A stretch of DNA of 62,986 nucleotides, the filler included, from Octopus bimaculoides (taxonomy: Eukaryota): assembly GCF_001194135.2 (NCBI RefSeq). It is 6 parts of 5 records of this genome, joined end to end, with 100 filler letters (N's around TTAATTAATTAA, not from the genome) between each part and the next. Parts side by side here need not be neighbours in the genome. Positions count along the whole stretch, not along the records: positions 1 to 9,808 come from NC_069001.1; positions 9,909 to 36,321 come from NC_068990.1; 4 more parts are not named here. One strand, given 5' to 3'. A program made the translations under genes and the position numbers. Under the pieces are notes generated by a model that saw nothing but the letters and a program-made list of their open reading frames with translations, had not been told where the DNA came from and searched no databases. Positions 1-11,801 of the stretch are shown piece by piece. Position 1 is the stretch's first letter; each line of letters starts with the position of its first letter.

Positions 1-126
1 ATATATATACACGCACACACACTTACACGCACGTGCACAGACACACACACACGTATATATGCACAGAGAGAGAGAGGGGGAGAGACAGACAGAGAGCTTT
101 AGACTTTTAATAGAGGAGAAGTGATA

Positions 127-203
127 GTGACATAGAGGTTTCGGCCCTCTAGCCTTCATCAGACGGTTTGACGAAAGATAGCAGGCCGAAACTTCGAAGT
201 CAC
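127..203. ncRNA. Inverted pair of hammerhead-like motifs (Penelope pseudo-LTR-like)
   Basis: The reverse complement of 127-164 (gtctgatgaaggctagagggccgaaacctctatgtcac) aligns with 166-203 (gtttgacgaaagatagcaggccgaaacttcgaagtcac). Confidence 0.55.
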
Positions 204-776
204 AATTAGTCCTCTGGTAAAAAATTTGGTAACCATGCACTGTCATTCTTCAATTAAATGTCAAATTGCTTTTGTATACCACTTGACACACACGCGTGCA
301 CATACACACACACACACACACACACACTCACACCCATCCACTCCTCTCCACACACACACACGCACACATACATTTATACATCACTTGAAAGATACAGACA
401 CACACATATATATATATACATATACATATATATAATACATATATGATATATATATAAAAACACACAGACATATATATAGTCAGAGAGGGAAAGAGAGAAA
501 GAGAGAGAGAAGATTGTACTCTTCTTTTTCCTCCTCTTAAAATCTTTCAAAGAACTAATTGTATTTTTGTTTATAATTAGTTAACCGCATTGTATTAATT
601 CAGGAATATTGCCGCTTCTACGTTTCTAGGTCTTCATGTCCTGCCTCTCCAGCGTATACAACTGGAGTATCTTTACCATTAGTGACATTTTGTACGTTCT
701 TTTCTAAATGAGATATTATACATGTAACTGTGTGCGAGATTTTCATAAGTTATACACATACAGTTATACACATATA

Positions 777-940
777 GGCGCAGGAGCGGATGTGTGGTAA
801 GTAGCTTGCTTACCAGCCACATGGTTCTGGGTTCAGTCCCACTGCGTGGCACCTTGGGCAAGTGTCTTCTACTATAGCCTCGACCGACCAAAGTCTTGTG
901 AGTGGATTTGGTAGACGGAAACTGAAAGAAGCCCGTCGTA

Positions 941-1003
<63 letters not shown>

Positions 1004-1200
1004 TTGTCCCCCCACCATCGCTTGACAACCGATGCTGGTGTGTTTACGTCCCCGTAACTTAGCGGTTCGGCAAAAAGAGACCGATAGAATAAGTATTAGG
1101 CTTACAAAGAATAAGTCTTGGGGTCGATTTTCTCGACTAAAAGCGGTGCTCTAGCATGGCCGCAGTCAAATGACTGAAACAAGTAAAAGAGAGAAAGAGT
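777..1200 (+). mobile_element. tRNA-derived SINE family A (CORE-like segment, internal (TA)n(TG)n), full length
   Basis: tRNA-like head (tgtggtaagtagc...ggttcagtccc), gcaccttgggcaagtg CORE-like motif, tail gcatggccgcagtcaaatgactgaaacaagtaaaaga; recalled as an octopus OR/OK-type SINE. Confidence 0.85.
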
Positions 1201-1328
1201 ATACCTCATCCAGGGCACTGATATTTTCATGGTGGTGCCCCAGCATGGCCACAGTCTAATGACCGAAATAAGTAAAAGATAAAAGAATATGATTTTACGC
1301 TCTCGCTAGGAAAATTTCCATTTGCCGC

Positions 1329-1348
1329 TAGGGTTAGGGTTAGGGTTA
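1329..1348 (+). repeat. Short interstitial (TTAGGG)n-type tract
   Basis: tagggttagggttagggtta. Confidence 0.6.
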
Positions 1349-3736
1349 TTGTTAAGTTTTATGCTTAGTGTTTACGGTTTGCTGTTATGGCTTACGGTTT
1401 ATGATTATAGCTAGTCGGGTAGAAGAAATTCTTGTTAAATTTCATCATGTGAACTTTTTAAGTTTCTATCATACGGTCGTAATTTCCAATACCTAACTGA
1501 AATTTCTAAATGATGAGTTAAGTGATAAGGTGTAGTGTACGATGCATAATTTTCATCATTTAATAGTCTCAGTTATTGGAATGTGGCCATGCTGGGTCAT
1601 CGCTTTGAAAGGTTTTGTCGAACAAATAGACTTAATAAGTACTAAGATCGATTCTTCCGACTTAAATTCATCACGGCGGTGATCCAGCATGGCCGCTGTC
1701 TAACAAGTGAAACAATTAAAAGATGAAAGCTAAAAAATGAAAGCTATGCCACAGAATCATGCAAAACTACAGACCAATTTGGACAGCAATATCTAAGTGT
1801 TATCTGTGCTTAAGGTTGTCTATGAAGAAAAACAGCCAATATCAATGTAATCTCTAAAAAAAGCCATCAGTCTACAAATACTTCTCACTTTACTTGAATG
1901 AAGGACAAATCAGAATAACGAGACTAAGATATGAAATTCACAAACAAGCACAACAAATGTTTATACCCATCATCGGCTGCCAAATGAATAACATTATGCT
2001 TTTGACACCTCTTCAGCGTCATCCCATCCAGCAATTGCAACAGCGTTGAAAACATATACGTTGCCTGAGAATCAATTGTAATTAGCAAAACTAAAAGATT
2101 ACACACACACACACACACACACACACGTACACACACATTCATACCTGTAGATATTTATAGACATATATCCCTTCATTTATAAGCACCAGCCTTGAAATTT
2201 TAGAGACTGGTACTAGTTAATGACAAGGATCTCAGTGCTTGAGAGGTTCTATATTTTATTCAAACCGAAAGGATGAGAGACAGAGACAACCCCAGCGGAA
2301 TTTGAACTAAAAACCAGAAGAAAGAACGCCGCTAAGCATTTTGTCTGGTGTCCAACGATTGTGCTAGCTCACCTATACATATTTCAGGTCGCTTTTTACT
2401 GCTGCTCGTTGCATATAACGCAGTATAACCTGTCACATGGTCAGGTCGTCAACAACAAAACGGAGAAACCTACGAATAAAAAACAAGACCCGTTAAAGAG
2501 CAGAGGAAATACTGCGTATCAATGGCCATTCGAATGGAGCGTGCTGTTCATCAGTCTCGTGACATACCTGCACCGACTGTTGTTGTCAACAGTAATAAAA
2601 GTGTGAAAGGACCCACACAAATAATTATCTCTCCAAAGAAATAAATGGGTGGAATGTCCAAGAAATTTGGAAAGCTCATATTGAAAAGGAAAAGAAAAGG
2701 AGGGAAAAGTAAAGCTCTTTGGCTCTCGTCGAAGACAAGAGCGTCCATCATACATACATACATACATATATATATACATATATACATGCATGCATACATA
2801 CAAATAGGTCGATAGATAGATAGAGAAGTAGATAGATAAATAGAAAGATGTGTACATACACACACATACATACATATATATGTAAGTGTATATATATATA
2901 TATATATATATACATATATTGGAGAATTCCCGAAAAAACAACAGACGAAGACAGGTGGTGTAAACAACAAATGGATGTATTAGTATAACGCTCAGGAATA
3001 GAGAAAGTCTATAACGACTCGAGTGGATTTGGTAGACGGAAACTGGAAGAAGCCCGTCGTATATATATATGTGTGTGTGNNNNNNNNNNNNNNNNNNNNN
3101 NNNNNNNNNNNNNNNNNNNNNNNNNNNNNNNNNNNNNNNNNNNNNNNNNNNNNNNNNNNNNNNNNNNNNNNNNNNNNNNNNNNNNNNNNNNNNNNNNNNN
3201 NNNNNNNNNNNNNNNNNNNNNNNNNNNNNNNNNNNNNNNNNNNNNNNNNNNNNNNNNNNNNNNNNNNNNNNNNNNNNNNNNNNNNNNNNNNNNNNNNNNN
3301 NNNNNNNNNNNNNNNNNNNNNNNNNNNNNNNNNNNNNNNNNNNNNNNNNNNNNNNNNNNNNNNNNNNNNNNNNNNNNNNNNNNNNNNNNNNNNNNNNNNN
3401 NNNNNNNNNNNNNNNNNNNNNNNNNNNNNNNNNNNNNNNNNNNNNNNNNNNNNNNNNNNNNNNNNNNNNNNNNNNNNNNNNNNNNNNNNNNNNNNNNNNN
3501 NNNNNNNNNNNNNNNNNNNNNNNNNNNNNNNNNNNNNNNNNNNNNNNNNNNNNNNNNNNNNNNNNNNNNNNNNNNNNNNNNNNNNNNNNNNNNNNNNNNN
3601 NNNNNNNNNNNNNNNNNNNNNNNNNNNNNNNNNNNNNNNNNNNNNNNNNNNNNNNNNNNNNNNNNNNNNNNNNNNNNNNNNNNNNNNNNNNNNNNNNNNN
3701 NNNNNNNNNNNNNNNNNNNNNNNNNNNNNNNNNNNN

Positions 3737-3768
<32 letters not shown>

Positions 3769-4636
3769 TGTGTGTATCACTATTTTACCAACACCACACA
3801 ACCATAAGCGTGCGTCTGTGTTTGCGAATCGTTTTACGCATGACTATACACAAATGATTCGCTGGTTCTATAATTACAAAAGCGTTACGTAAAGTGAGTA
3901 TGATGACGGTGGTTTAGAATCTCGCATACGATTTTAGCGGGAAATATAGCTACGACAGCGATAAGATGCATCACGGAATTATGACGTCAGCATGGAATAT
4001 CTACGACAATCTCCAGCAACAACAACAACAACAACGGCAGCGACGACAACGACGGCCATGACAGAAGCGTCAGCAGCTGCAATAACAGCAACGAAGCAGG
4101 AACAACGCAAAATTTCACGCTTTATTTCTCTTTCACTTTCTCTGTCTCTCTCTCCACCTCTCTTTCTCCCTCCCTCTGTCTATCTAGCTACTTTGTTCTC
4201 GCTCTCTCTCTCTTTCTCTCTCTTTCTCCGTATATCCATTTCTCTCTCTGTCTTTCTATGTATATAGATGTGTGTGTATGTGTGTACACACTGACACACA
4301 GTTGTACACACTTGCACACACATGCATAAAAGTGTAAATACATGAAACAAGCACGGAAGAGTTAACGAGAGAGACTGCACATGGCCACTTGACCATCTAG
4401 AAATAGCAACCCTCGATTTCACATCGTACAGTTTTGTACAACGAATAAACTTATCAGACGTTGCCGTCCTACAGACTTATAGAAAGTGGAGGTGGCCATG
4501 GATGGAACGCCTTTGCTGATAGTTCTGTTTCATCAAGACTGACCGGGAGATAGAAGGAACCAAAGAACTATGCATTATTTACATTATTTACATTATTTAC
4601 ATTTGACGGATATTTGTCCTCATCTTGTTTGTTTTT

Positions 4637-4682
4637 AACACAACGTTTCGGCTGATATACCTTCCAGCCTTCATCAGGTGTC
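4637..4682 (-). ncRNA. Minimal type I hammerhead ribozyme motif with one extra A after A9
   Basis: Minus strand GACAC-CUGAUGA-A-GGCUG(GAAGGUAUAU)CAGCC-GAAA-CGU-U-GUGUU. Helix I GACAC/GUGUU, helix II 5 bp, helix III is the loopless palindrome ACGU, GUU site. Confidence 0.7.
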
Positions 4683-4736
4683 TTGGAGAAATTTCTAACC
4701 TGGGTTCTCATTCCGAAGGTATTTTTCGACGTTGTA

Positions 4737-4810
<74 letters not shown>

Positions 4811-4817
4811 CATCATT

Positions 4818-5030
4818 GGCAGAATGTTTAGCACGCCAGGCAAAATGCTTAGCGGCACTGCGTCCGTCATTACGGTACGTTCTGAATTCAAATTCTGCCG
4901 AGGTCGACTCTGTATGTCATCCTTTCGGGATCAATGAAATAAGTACCTGTTGAGCACTGGAGTCAATGTAATAGACTCGCCCCCTACCCCCAAAGTTTCA
5001 GACCTTGCGCCTATAGTAGAAAGGATTATT
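4818..5030 (+). mobile_element. tRNA-derived SINE family B
   Basis: ggcagaatgtttagcacgcc...gttctgaattcaaattctgccgaggtcgac...cctttcggg...aagtacc consensus. Confidence 0.8.
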
Positions 5031-5928
5031 GACTGAGAGGGCAATGCATGCCACCAAAGTGACCTCAAATACCAATGTCCAGGGTATCCAGCTGAGCACT
5101 GGTGTCGACGTAATCGACTTGCTCACCCTCTCCCAAATTGCTGGCCTTGTACCAACATTTGAAAGACGGCATGCACTGCTCTATCACTCAGTAATACTAC
5201 TAATCTTAATCATTATTAGTATTATTGTGCGAGAGAGCAGTGCATGCCGTCAAAATGACACTGGGGTACAAATATACGAAGCCTAATATACCCATCATGA
5301 CCACTCGCCTGATAAGGGTACACCAGGCACATGCAACACAACATTATGTGCGCGACATGGTGATCTTTGATCAAGATAAACGGCGCATGACCTTGCAGGT
5401 GGGGCCCAGTTAGTATTTTCTTCAGGTCGAGTAGCTTACCCTGCTCAAAAGGGTCTTGAATAAGAGCTGTTTAAGGATGACGAATGAAACACCCATGTTT
5501 CCCAGAGGTGAATTATTCAAACCCCAAAGGATTCCCCTCAACACATCGCTATAATGCTCCCGCACTACTTTTGCTGGTGATCACAGATGTGCATATCGTC
5601 AGCCACCAAGGGACATGCTCAACTGGTGAAAGTCAAACAACTGACAAGATCTGTGGTATTTGCACTCACGATCGTGAGGTCGTGGTTTCAATCCCTAGAA
5701 CGGGTGGTGCATTGTGTCCTTGAGCAAAACACTTCATCTCACGTTGCTCTGCTACCACTTCGATACTTGACGCGTGGTACATCGAGCACCTGTTCAGGCA
5801 ATATCGATTATTTGATGGTGGGTGTAAGCTAATGTACGGCACATATATTTGATCTCTTTAAACAAACCATTTGTGCAGGTCGATCAACAAAAACTAAATA
5901 CTCATATATCATCTTCGACGGGGGAGTC

Positions 5929-5929
<1 letters not shown>

Positions 5930-5988
<59 letters not shown>

Positions 5989-5996
5989 CATCATCA

Positions 5997-6040
<44 letters not shown>

Positions 6041-6107
6041 ATCATCATCATCATCATCATCATTAATATTATTATTATTATTATTATTATTATCATCATC
6101 ATCATCA

Positions 6108-6144
<37 letters not shown>

Positions 6145-6164
6145 CATCATCATCATCATCATCA

Positions 6165-6219
<55 letters not shown>

Positions 6220-6383
6220 CATCATCATCATCATCATCATCATNNNNNNNNNNNNNNNNNNNNNNNNNNNNNNNNNNNNNNNNNNNNNNNNNNNNNNNNN
6301 NNNNNNNNNNNNNNNNNNNNNNNNNNNNNNNNNNNNNNNNNNNNNNNNNNNNNNNNNNNNNNNNNNNNNNNNNNNNGGGAGTC

Positions 6384-6443
<60 letters not shown>

Positions 6444-6463
6444 CATCATCATCATCATCATCA

Positions 6464-6503
<40 letters not shown>

Positions 6504-6541
6504 CATCATCATCATCATCATCATTATTATTATTATTATTA

Positions 6542-6608
<67 letters not shown>

Positions 6609-6975
6609 CGTCGTCGTTGGTGTTGTTGCTATTGTTACTCAGGCGGTGAGCTGGCAGAATCACTAGGACGTCTGACGGAACGCTTAGCTGCGTTTCGTCT
6701 GACGCTGCGTTCTGAGTTCAAATGCCGCTGAGGTAGACTTTACCTTTCATCTTTCGGGGTCGATAAATTAAGTACCAGTTGCGTACTGGGGTCGATGAGG
6801 TCGATTGTTCCTCTCCCCAGAAACATCCATGTGCCATGTGCCTATAGTAGAAAAGGTTATCATTACCATTTATGTCGTGGCGCGGGCAAGTGGATTATAG
6901 CTGTTATTTTCATTATAATCATCATCAGTATCCTCCTCTTCCTCCTCCTCGTCATCATCCTTATCGTTATCAATT

Positions 6976-7007
<32 letters not shown>

Positions 7008-7033
7008 GGTAGTAGTTATAGTAGTAGTAGTCA

Positions 7034-7078
<45 letters not shown>

Positions 7079-7423
7079 AAGAAGAAACAGCATCAGCAAT
7101 AGTAATAGTACATGTAGCAGCAGCAGTAGTAGTAGTGGTGTTGATTATATTAATATTATGTTGATTATTAGAGTTGTAGTGATGATGGTACTGATAATGA
7201 TGATGCGGACGAAGTTGTTGTTGATGATGATAATGATGATGATGATGATGATGATGATGGTGTGGTTGTGGTTGTGGTGGTGGTGGTGGTGCTGGTGCTG
7301 GTGGTGGTGCTGGTGGTGGTGCTGGTGGTGCTGGTGGTTGTGGTGGTGGTGATGATGACGATCACAACAAAGATGACGTTGATGTCTTTGATGACAATGA
7401 CGATGACGATGATCGTGATGATG

Positions 7424-7466
<43 letters not shown>

Positions 7467-7687
7467 CGACGATGATGATGATGATAATAATGGATCTAAA
7501 ATTGATGATACCGATAGTTATAGATACGACAACAGTATCAGAATGAAACTGCGGAAGCTTTAGAAGAGTTTTGATGATGGAATAATGATATTTCTCTGAC
7601 GAAAATAGCTGAAGAATAAATGAACGAGAAGATAAAGAAAAGAGAGGAGAAGGTTCAATGTGCCAAAGAAGAGAGAGAGAGAGAGGG

Positions 7688-7718
<31 letters not shown>

Positions 7719-8229
7719 GAGGGGGAAGGAGAGCGAAGGAGAGGTGAAAGAGAGCTATATGAATTAATGAGAAGATGGCGGAAAACCCACAATAGATTGT
7801 CGTCTGGTGAAGAGGTAGTACATGTGTGTAGGTAGTAGTGGATTGAGAACGAGGCTTTGAGTGTCATAGTGAGTAGAGAAGGGGAAAGAGAGAGAAGAGA
7901 GGCGGGGGTGAGGGTTAATTGCGGTCGTTGTAGTGGTTGTGGTGGTGGTGGACGGATAAGTGGTGGTGGTGGTGGTGCTGCTGTTGCTGGTGGAATAGAA
8001 ATGTGCAAGTATATTAGGGCGATAGGAGTAACAGCCGTGTATTATTATTATTATTATTATTATTATTAGTAGTAGTAGTAGTAGTAGTAGTAGTAGCAGT
8101 AGTAGTAGTAGTAGCAGTAGTAGCAGTAGTAGTAGTAGTAGCAGTAGTAGTAGTAGTAGCAGTAGCAGTAGCAGTTGCAGTAGCAGCAGTAGTAGTAGTA
8201 GTAGTAGTAGTAGTAGCAGTAGTTGTAGT

Positions 8230-8261
<32 letters not shown>

Positions 8262-8290
8262 TAGTAGTAGTAGTAGTAGTTGTTGTTCTT
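5930..8290. repeat. Compound trinucleotide microsatellite field: (ATT)/(ATC)/(GTT), (AGC)/(AGT), (GAT)/(GGT), (GA)n
   Basis: Directly visible; source of the poly-I/L/S/M/Y ORFs in the track. Confidence 0.95.
6641..6862 (+). mobile_element. SINE family B
   Basis: ggcggtgagctggcagaatc...gagttcaaatgccgctgagg...ggggtcgataaattaagtacc. Confidence 0.85.
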
Positions 8291-8577
8291 GTTGTTCCTG
8301 TACATGTTTCGACGTCAGTACCGACATACGTTGTTGCAACGGTGGTAGCAGCAGCATGAGCAACAGTTGCAACAATCCATGCACTACGGACAGGAACATT
8401 AGCAACAACAACTTAACCAATAACAACTAAAACAACGACAGCAGGAATAACAACAACAACAGCACTAACATTAGCAACAATATCAGCTGCAAACATGGTC
8501 GTTGATGCTGAGGTATACTCAGGGCAACTGGTGTAGCAATAACGATAACAACAGCAGCAACATTACTCATTTACTGA

Positions 8578-8970
8578 TTTACTCTTTTACTTGTGTCAGT
8601 CATTTGACTGCGGCCATGCTGGAGCACCGCCTTTAGTTGAGCAAATCGACCCCCAGGACTTATTCATTGTAAGCTTAGTACTTATTCTATCGGTCTTTTT
8701 TTGCCGAACCGCTAAGTTACGGGGACGTAAACACACCAGCATCGGTTATCAAGCGATGTTGGAGGGACAAACACAGACACAAAAGTACATATATATATAC
8801 ATATACATATATACGACGGGCTTCTTTCAGTTTCCGTCTACCAAATCCTCTCACAAGGCTTTGGTCGGCCCGAGGCTATAGTAGGAGACACTTGCCCAAG
8901 GTACCACGCAGTGGGATTGAATCCGGAACCATGTGGTTGGTAAGCAAGCTACTTACCACACAGCCACTCC
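8578..8970 (-). mobile_element. SINE family A, near full length
   Basis: Reverse complement of the 777-1200 consensus. Confidence 0.85.
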
Positions 8971-9368
8971 TTAACAACAACATCATTAGCAACAATGGCT
9001 ATAACAACGGCAGTGGCAGCAACGACATTAACAACGTTAGCAGTCGTTGTAGCTACACTCAGTGCAAACTCCAGTTAGCAACATAGTTATAACAACAGCA
9101 GTAGAAACAATACCAACTTCAACAATGTTTGTTATAGCTGCAGAAGTGCAAAGCAACAATCATAAAAAATAATAATAATATAAAATAAAAGAACTAACAG
9201 TAACAAAAGCAGTGACCACAGCTGCACCAGTTGCCGCTCTTCAGAGCTTGACAGAATTATTTAATATTCGCCAAAATCCTCTAGGAACTGAAGGAATTAC
9301 TGCGTTAATCTCCATCTTCAACTTCTCATATCAACGCTACCCCGTCGCCAGAATTTAGACAATTATTA

Positions 9369-9808
9369 TCTATACTATAAAAGGCAGATTTTCTCTGTGT
9401 GTGTGTATGTTTAAAATTCATACATTTACACAATTCCAAATTTCTTCGATTAAACAATCGCAATTAATATTCTAAATACAATAAGTTAGGTCACTGCGTC
9501 ATTTTTTCACTCCAAAAAATTCCTATCTATATTATAAAAGGCAGATTTTCTCTGTGTTTGTGTGTATGTTTAAAATTCATACATTTGCACAATTCCAAAT
9601 TTCTTCGATTAAACAATCGCAATTAATATTCTAAATACAATAAGTTAGGTCACTGCGTCATTTTTTCACTCCAAAAAAAATTCCTAATAGCGAATAAAAT
9701 CCTTAAAACTACACAAGTAAACATTTTCTCCCTAATAAAATCTAATTTTCTCTTTCTAATACAAATCCTTTCAACTCCTACTTTCTCTTAATGAGCCTTT
9801 ACGAAAAA
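9369..9808 (+). mobile_element. Helitron-like 5' end with a 157-bp tandem duplication
   Basis: a|TCTATACTATAAAAGGCAG start at 9369 recurs at 9526 with near identity; runs into a gap at 9809. Confidence 0.5.
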
Positions 9809-9908
9809 NNNNNNNNNNNNNNNNNNNNNNNNNNNNNNNNNNNNNNNNNNNNTTAATTAATTAANNNNNNNNNNNNNNNNNNNNNNNNNNNNNNNNNNNN
9901 NNNNNNNN
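9809..9908. other. Assembly spacer N44-TTAATTAATTAA-N44 (also 36322-36421, 50500-50599, 55623-55722, 61275-61374)
   Basis: Five identical 100-bp gaps with a central 12-mer that is a palindrome with stops in all six frames. Confidence 0.95.
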
Positions 9909-10237
9909 GAGGTCGACTTTGCCTTTCATCCTTTCGAGGTCGATAAATTAAGTACCAGTTACGTACTGGGGTCGATGTAATCGACTTAATCCGTTCGTCT
10001 GTTCTTGTGTGTCCCCTCTATGTTTAGCCCCTTGTGGGCAATAACGAAATAGGTATTTCGTCTGCCGTTACGTTCTGAGTTCAAATTCCGCCGAGGTCGA
10101 CTTTGCCTTTCATCCTTTCGGGGTCGATAAATTAAGTACCAGTTACGCACTGGGGTCGATGTAATGGACTTAATCCGTTTATCTGTCCTTGTTTGTCCCC
10201 TCTGTGTGTAGCCCCTTGTGGGCAGTAAAGAAATAAG
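9909..10237 (+). mobile_element. SINE family B, tandemly duplicated body
   Basis: gaggtcgactttgcc...ccccttgtgggc occurs twice (from 9909 and ~10093). Confidence 0.85.
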
Positions 10238-10244
10238 AAGCTGT

Positions 10245-10560
10245 GCGTGCACCATCCACACACTTCCATGGCGGTGTCATTGTATCTTGTAATCTGACTC
10301 AGTGTTGTTGGAGGCTGTTCTTCCTGGTCTTCAGGCGATTGGAAGGAGCACTGCTCACATGGGATTTGGAATGAGCCAATCTGCAGCTTGTCCCAATGTC
10401 ACCATGCCAGCAGGTACCATTTACATAGAACTTGCAGACTGGTTTGGTTTCCTTTTTACCAGAGCCATTGCCTCTTCAGGTTCCATTTCGTTTTCCTTGT
10501 GAACCCACATTGGGCCTACATCCATCCTCAGCTCACCTGTCCACAATACAAGAGTGCTTT
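10245..10560 (-). mobile_element. Inverted fragment encoding a CCCH zinc finger, probably LINE ORF1
   Basis: Minus strand 10436-10371 encodes CKFYVNGTCWHGDIGTSCRLAH (C-x7-C-x8-C-x3-H), directly abutting the plus-strand RT remnant. Confidence 0.55.
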
Positions 10561-11801
10561 CACCGCTCCACTAACTTTTCATGTCAGCAAAGTCATGGAA
10601 CGCATTGTCGGGAAGAAACTAACTGCGTTCCTTGAAGAAAATAACTTGCTTCCTAGCATGGTTTTCGCTCAGCAAGAAACTGCTTTACACAGTTTTTGCA
10701 GTACTATGACTGTGTGTTGAAATAATCAATGAATCACTCAAACGTGGATGTGATAAATCTCGTCTTTGCAAAGGCTTTTGATAAGGTTGATTATGGGATG
10801 GTATATCGCAAACTATGGAGACTCGGCAGAACTGGGAAAGTTAGAGCGTGGTTGCATGGCTTCTTAAAAGACAGAATCCAGGTTGTAACGGCCAACGGAG
10901 CCCTTTCCACGGAGACAACAATAGAAAGTGGATACTGTATTAGAGCTGCTGATGTTCTTGATGGCTCTGTCAGACATGTTATCAGTTACACAGACAGCCA
11001 CACTTACTAGCTATGCCAACGTCACAAAAGTAATGCAAGCAACCAAGGAACCTTCTGATGCTAATCTTCTACAGAAAGACCTAGATGCCATATATAAATG
11101 GGCTGAGGACAACATGCAATTTAATGCAGGCAAATTCCAAGCCCTCTGCTACCAGCTAACTTGTGCTCAGAAGTCACAACAACGATACGCTGGACCAAAA
11201 GGAGCGGCAATCTTACACACGGTGCGTGATCTTGGGATTGATATGAGCAACGATGCCTCGTTTCCCATGCATATCACCAAGATGGTGGCAGTGTGCAGGC
11301 GAATGGTCGGATGGATTCTTAGAACCTTCAGAACAAGAGACCAAGAAACTATGCTGGTCCTATGAAGGACGTATTTCCTTAGCCGTCTGGACTACTGCTC
11401 TCAACTGTGGCCAACTTACAGTATAGGATTAATAGCAGAACTTGAGGCGGTTCAGCGATGCTACACAAGGAAGATCGCATCAATGGAACAGCTGAGCTAC
11501 TGGGAGAAACTGAATAGCTTGGGATTGGAGGGCCCGCGGCTATTTAACGTCTTGCCAAAGCATCTGAGGGATCTCCATGGAATGGGGTAGATGTTTTCAA
11601 GAAGCAACTTGACCTCTTACTGTCCACGATCCCAGATGAACCAATATCAAGACAGGAAACTCAAAAGAGGGCAGCGGTATCGAACTCCCGCCTTCACCAA
11701 AAGCCAATCACATAGAATTGGTCAATTAAAAGGTGATTACAATGGCAGTACCCCATCGTGCCACAGCCCCAAGGCTGAAACATATAAAAGAATAAAAGAA
11801 T
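10561..11801 (+). mobile_element. CR1-like LINE, 5'-truncated RT and 3' end, decayed
   Basis: LTFHVSKVMERIV, VDVINLVFAKAFDKVDYG, TLTSYANVTKV (ex-YADD), LQKDLDAIYKWAEDNMQFNAGKF, RDLGIDMS, RLDYCSQLWP; several frameshifts and stops. Confidence 0.85.

Noticed and set aside
5921-6400. gggagtcta(tta)n appearing both before and after the gap (also 22880-22960)
   Set aside because: Most likely overlapping contig ends duplicated across a gap, not a real tandem duplication.
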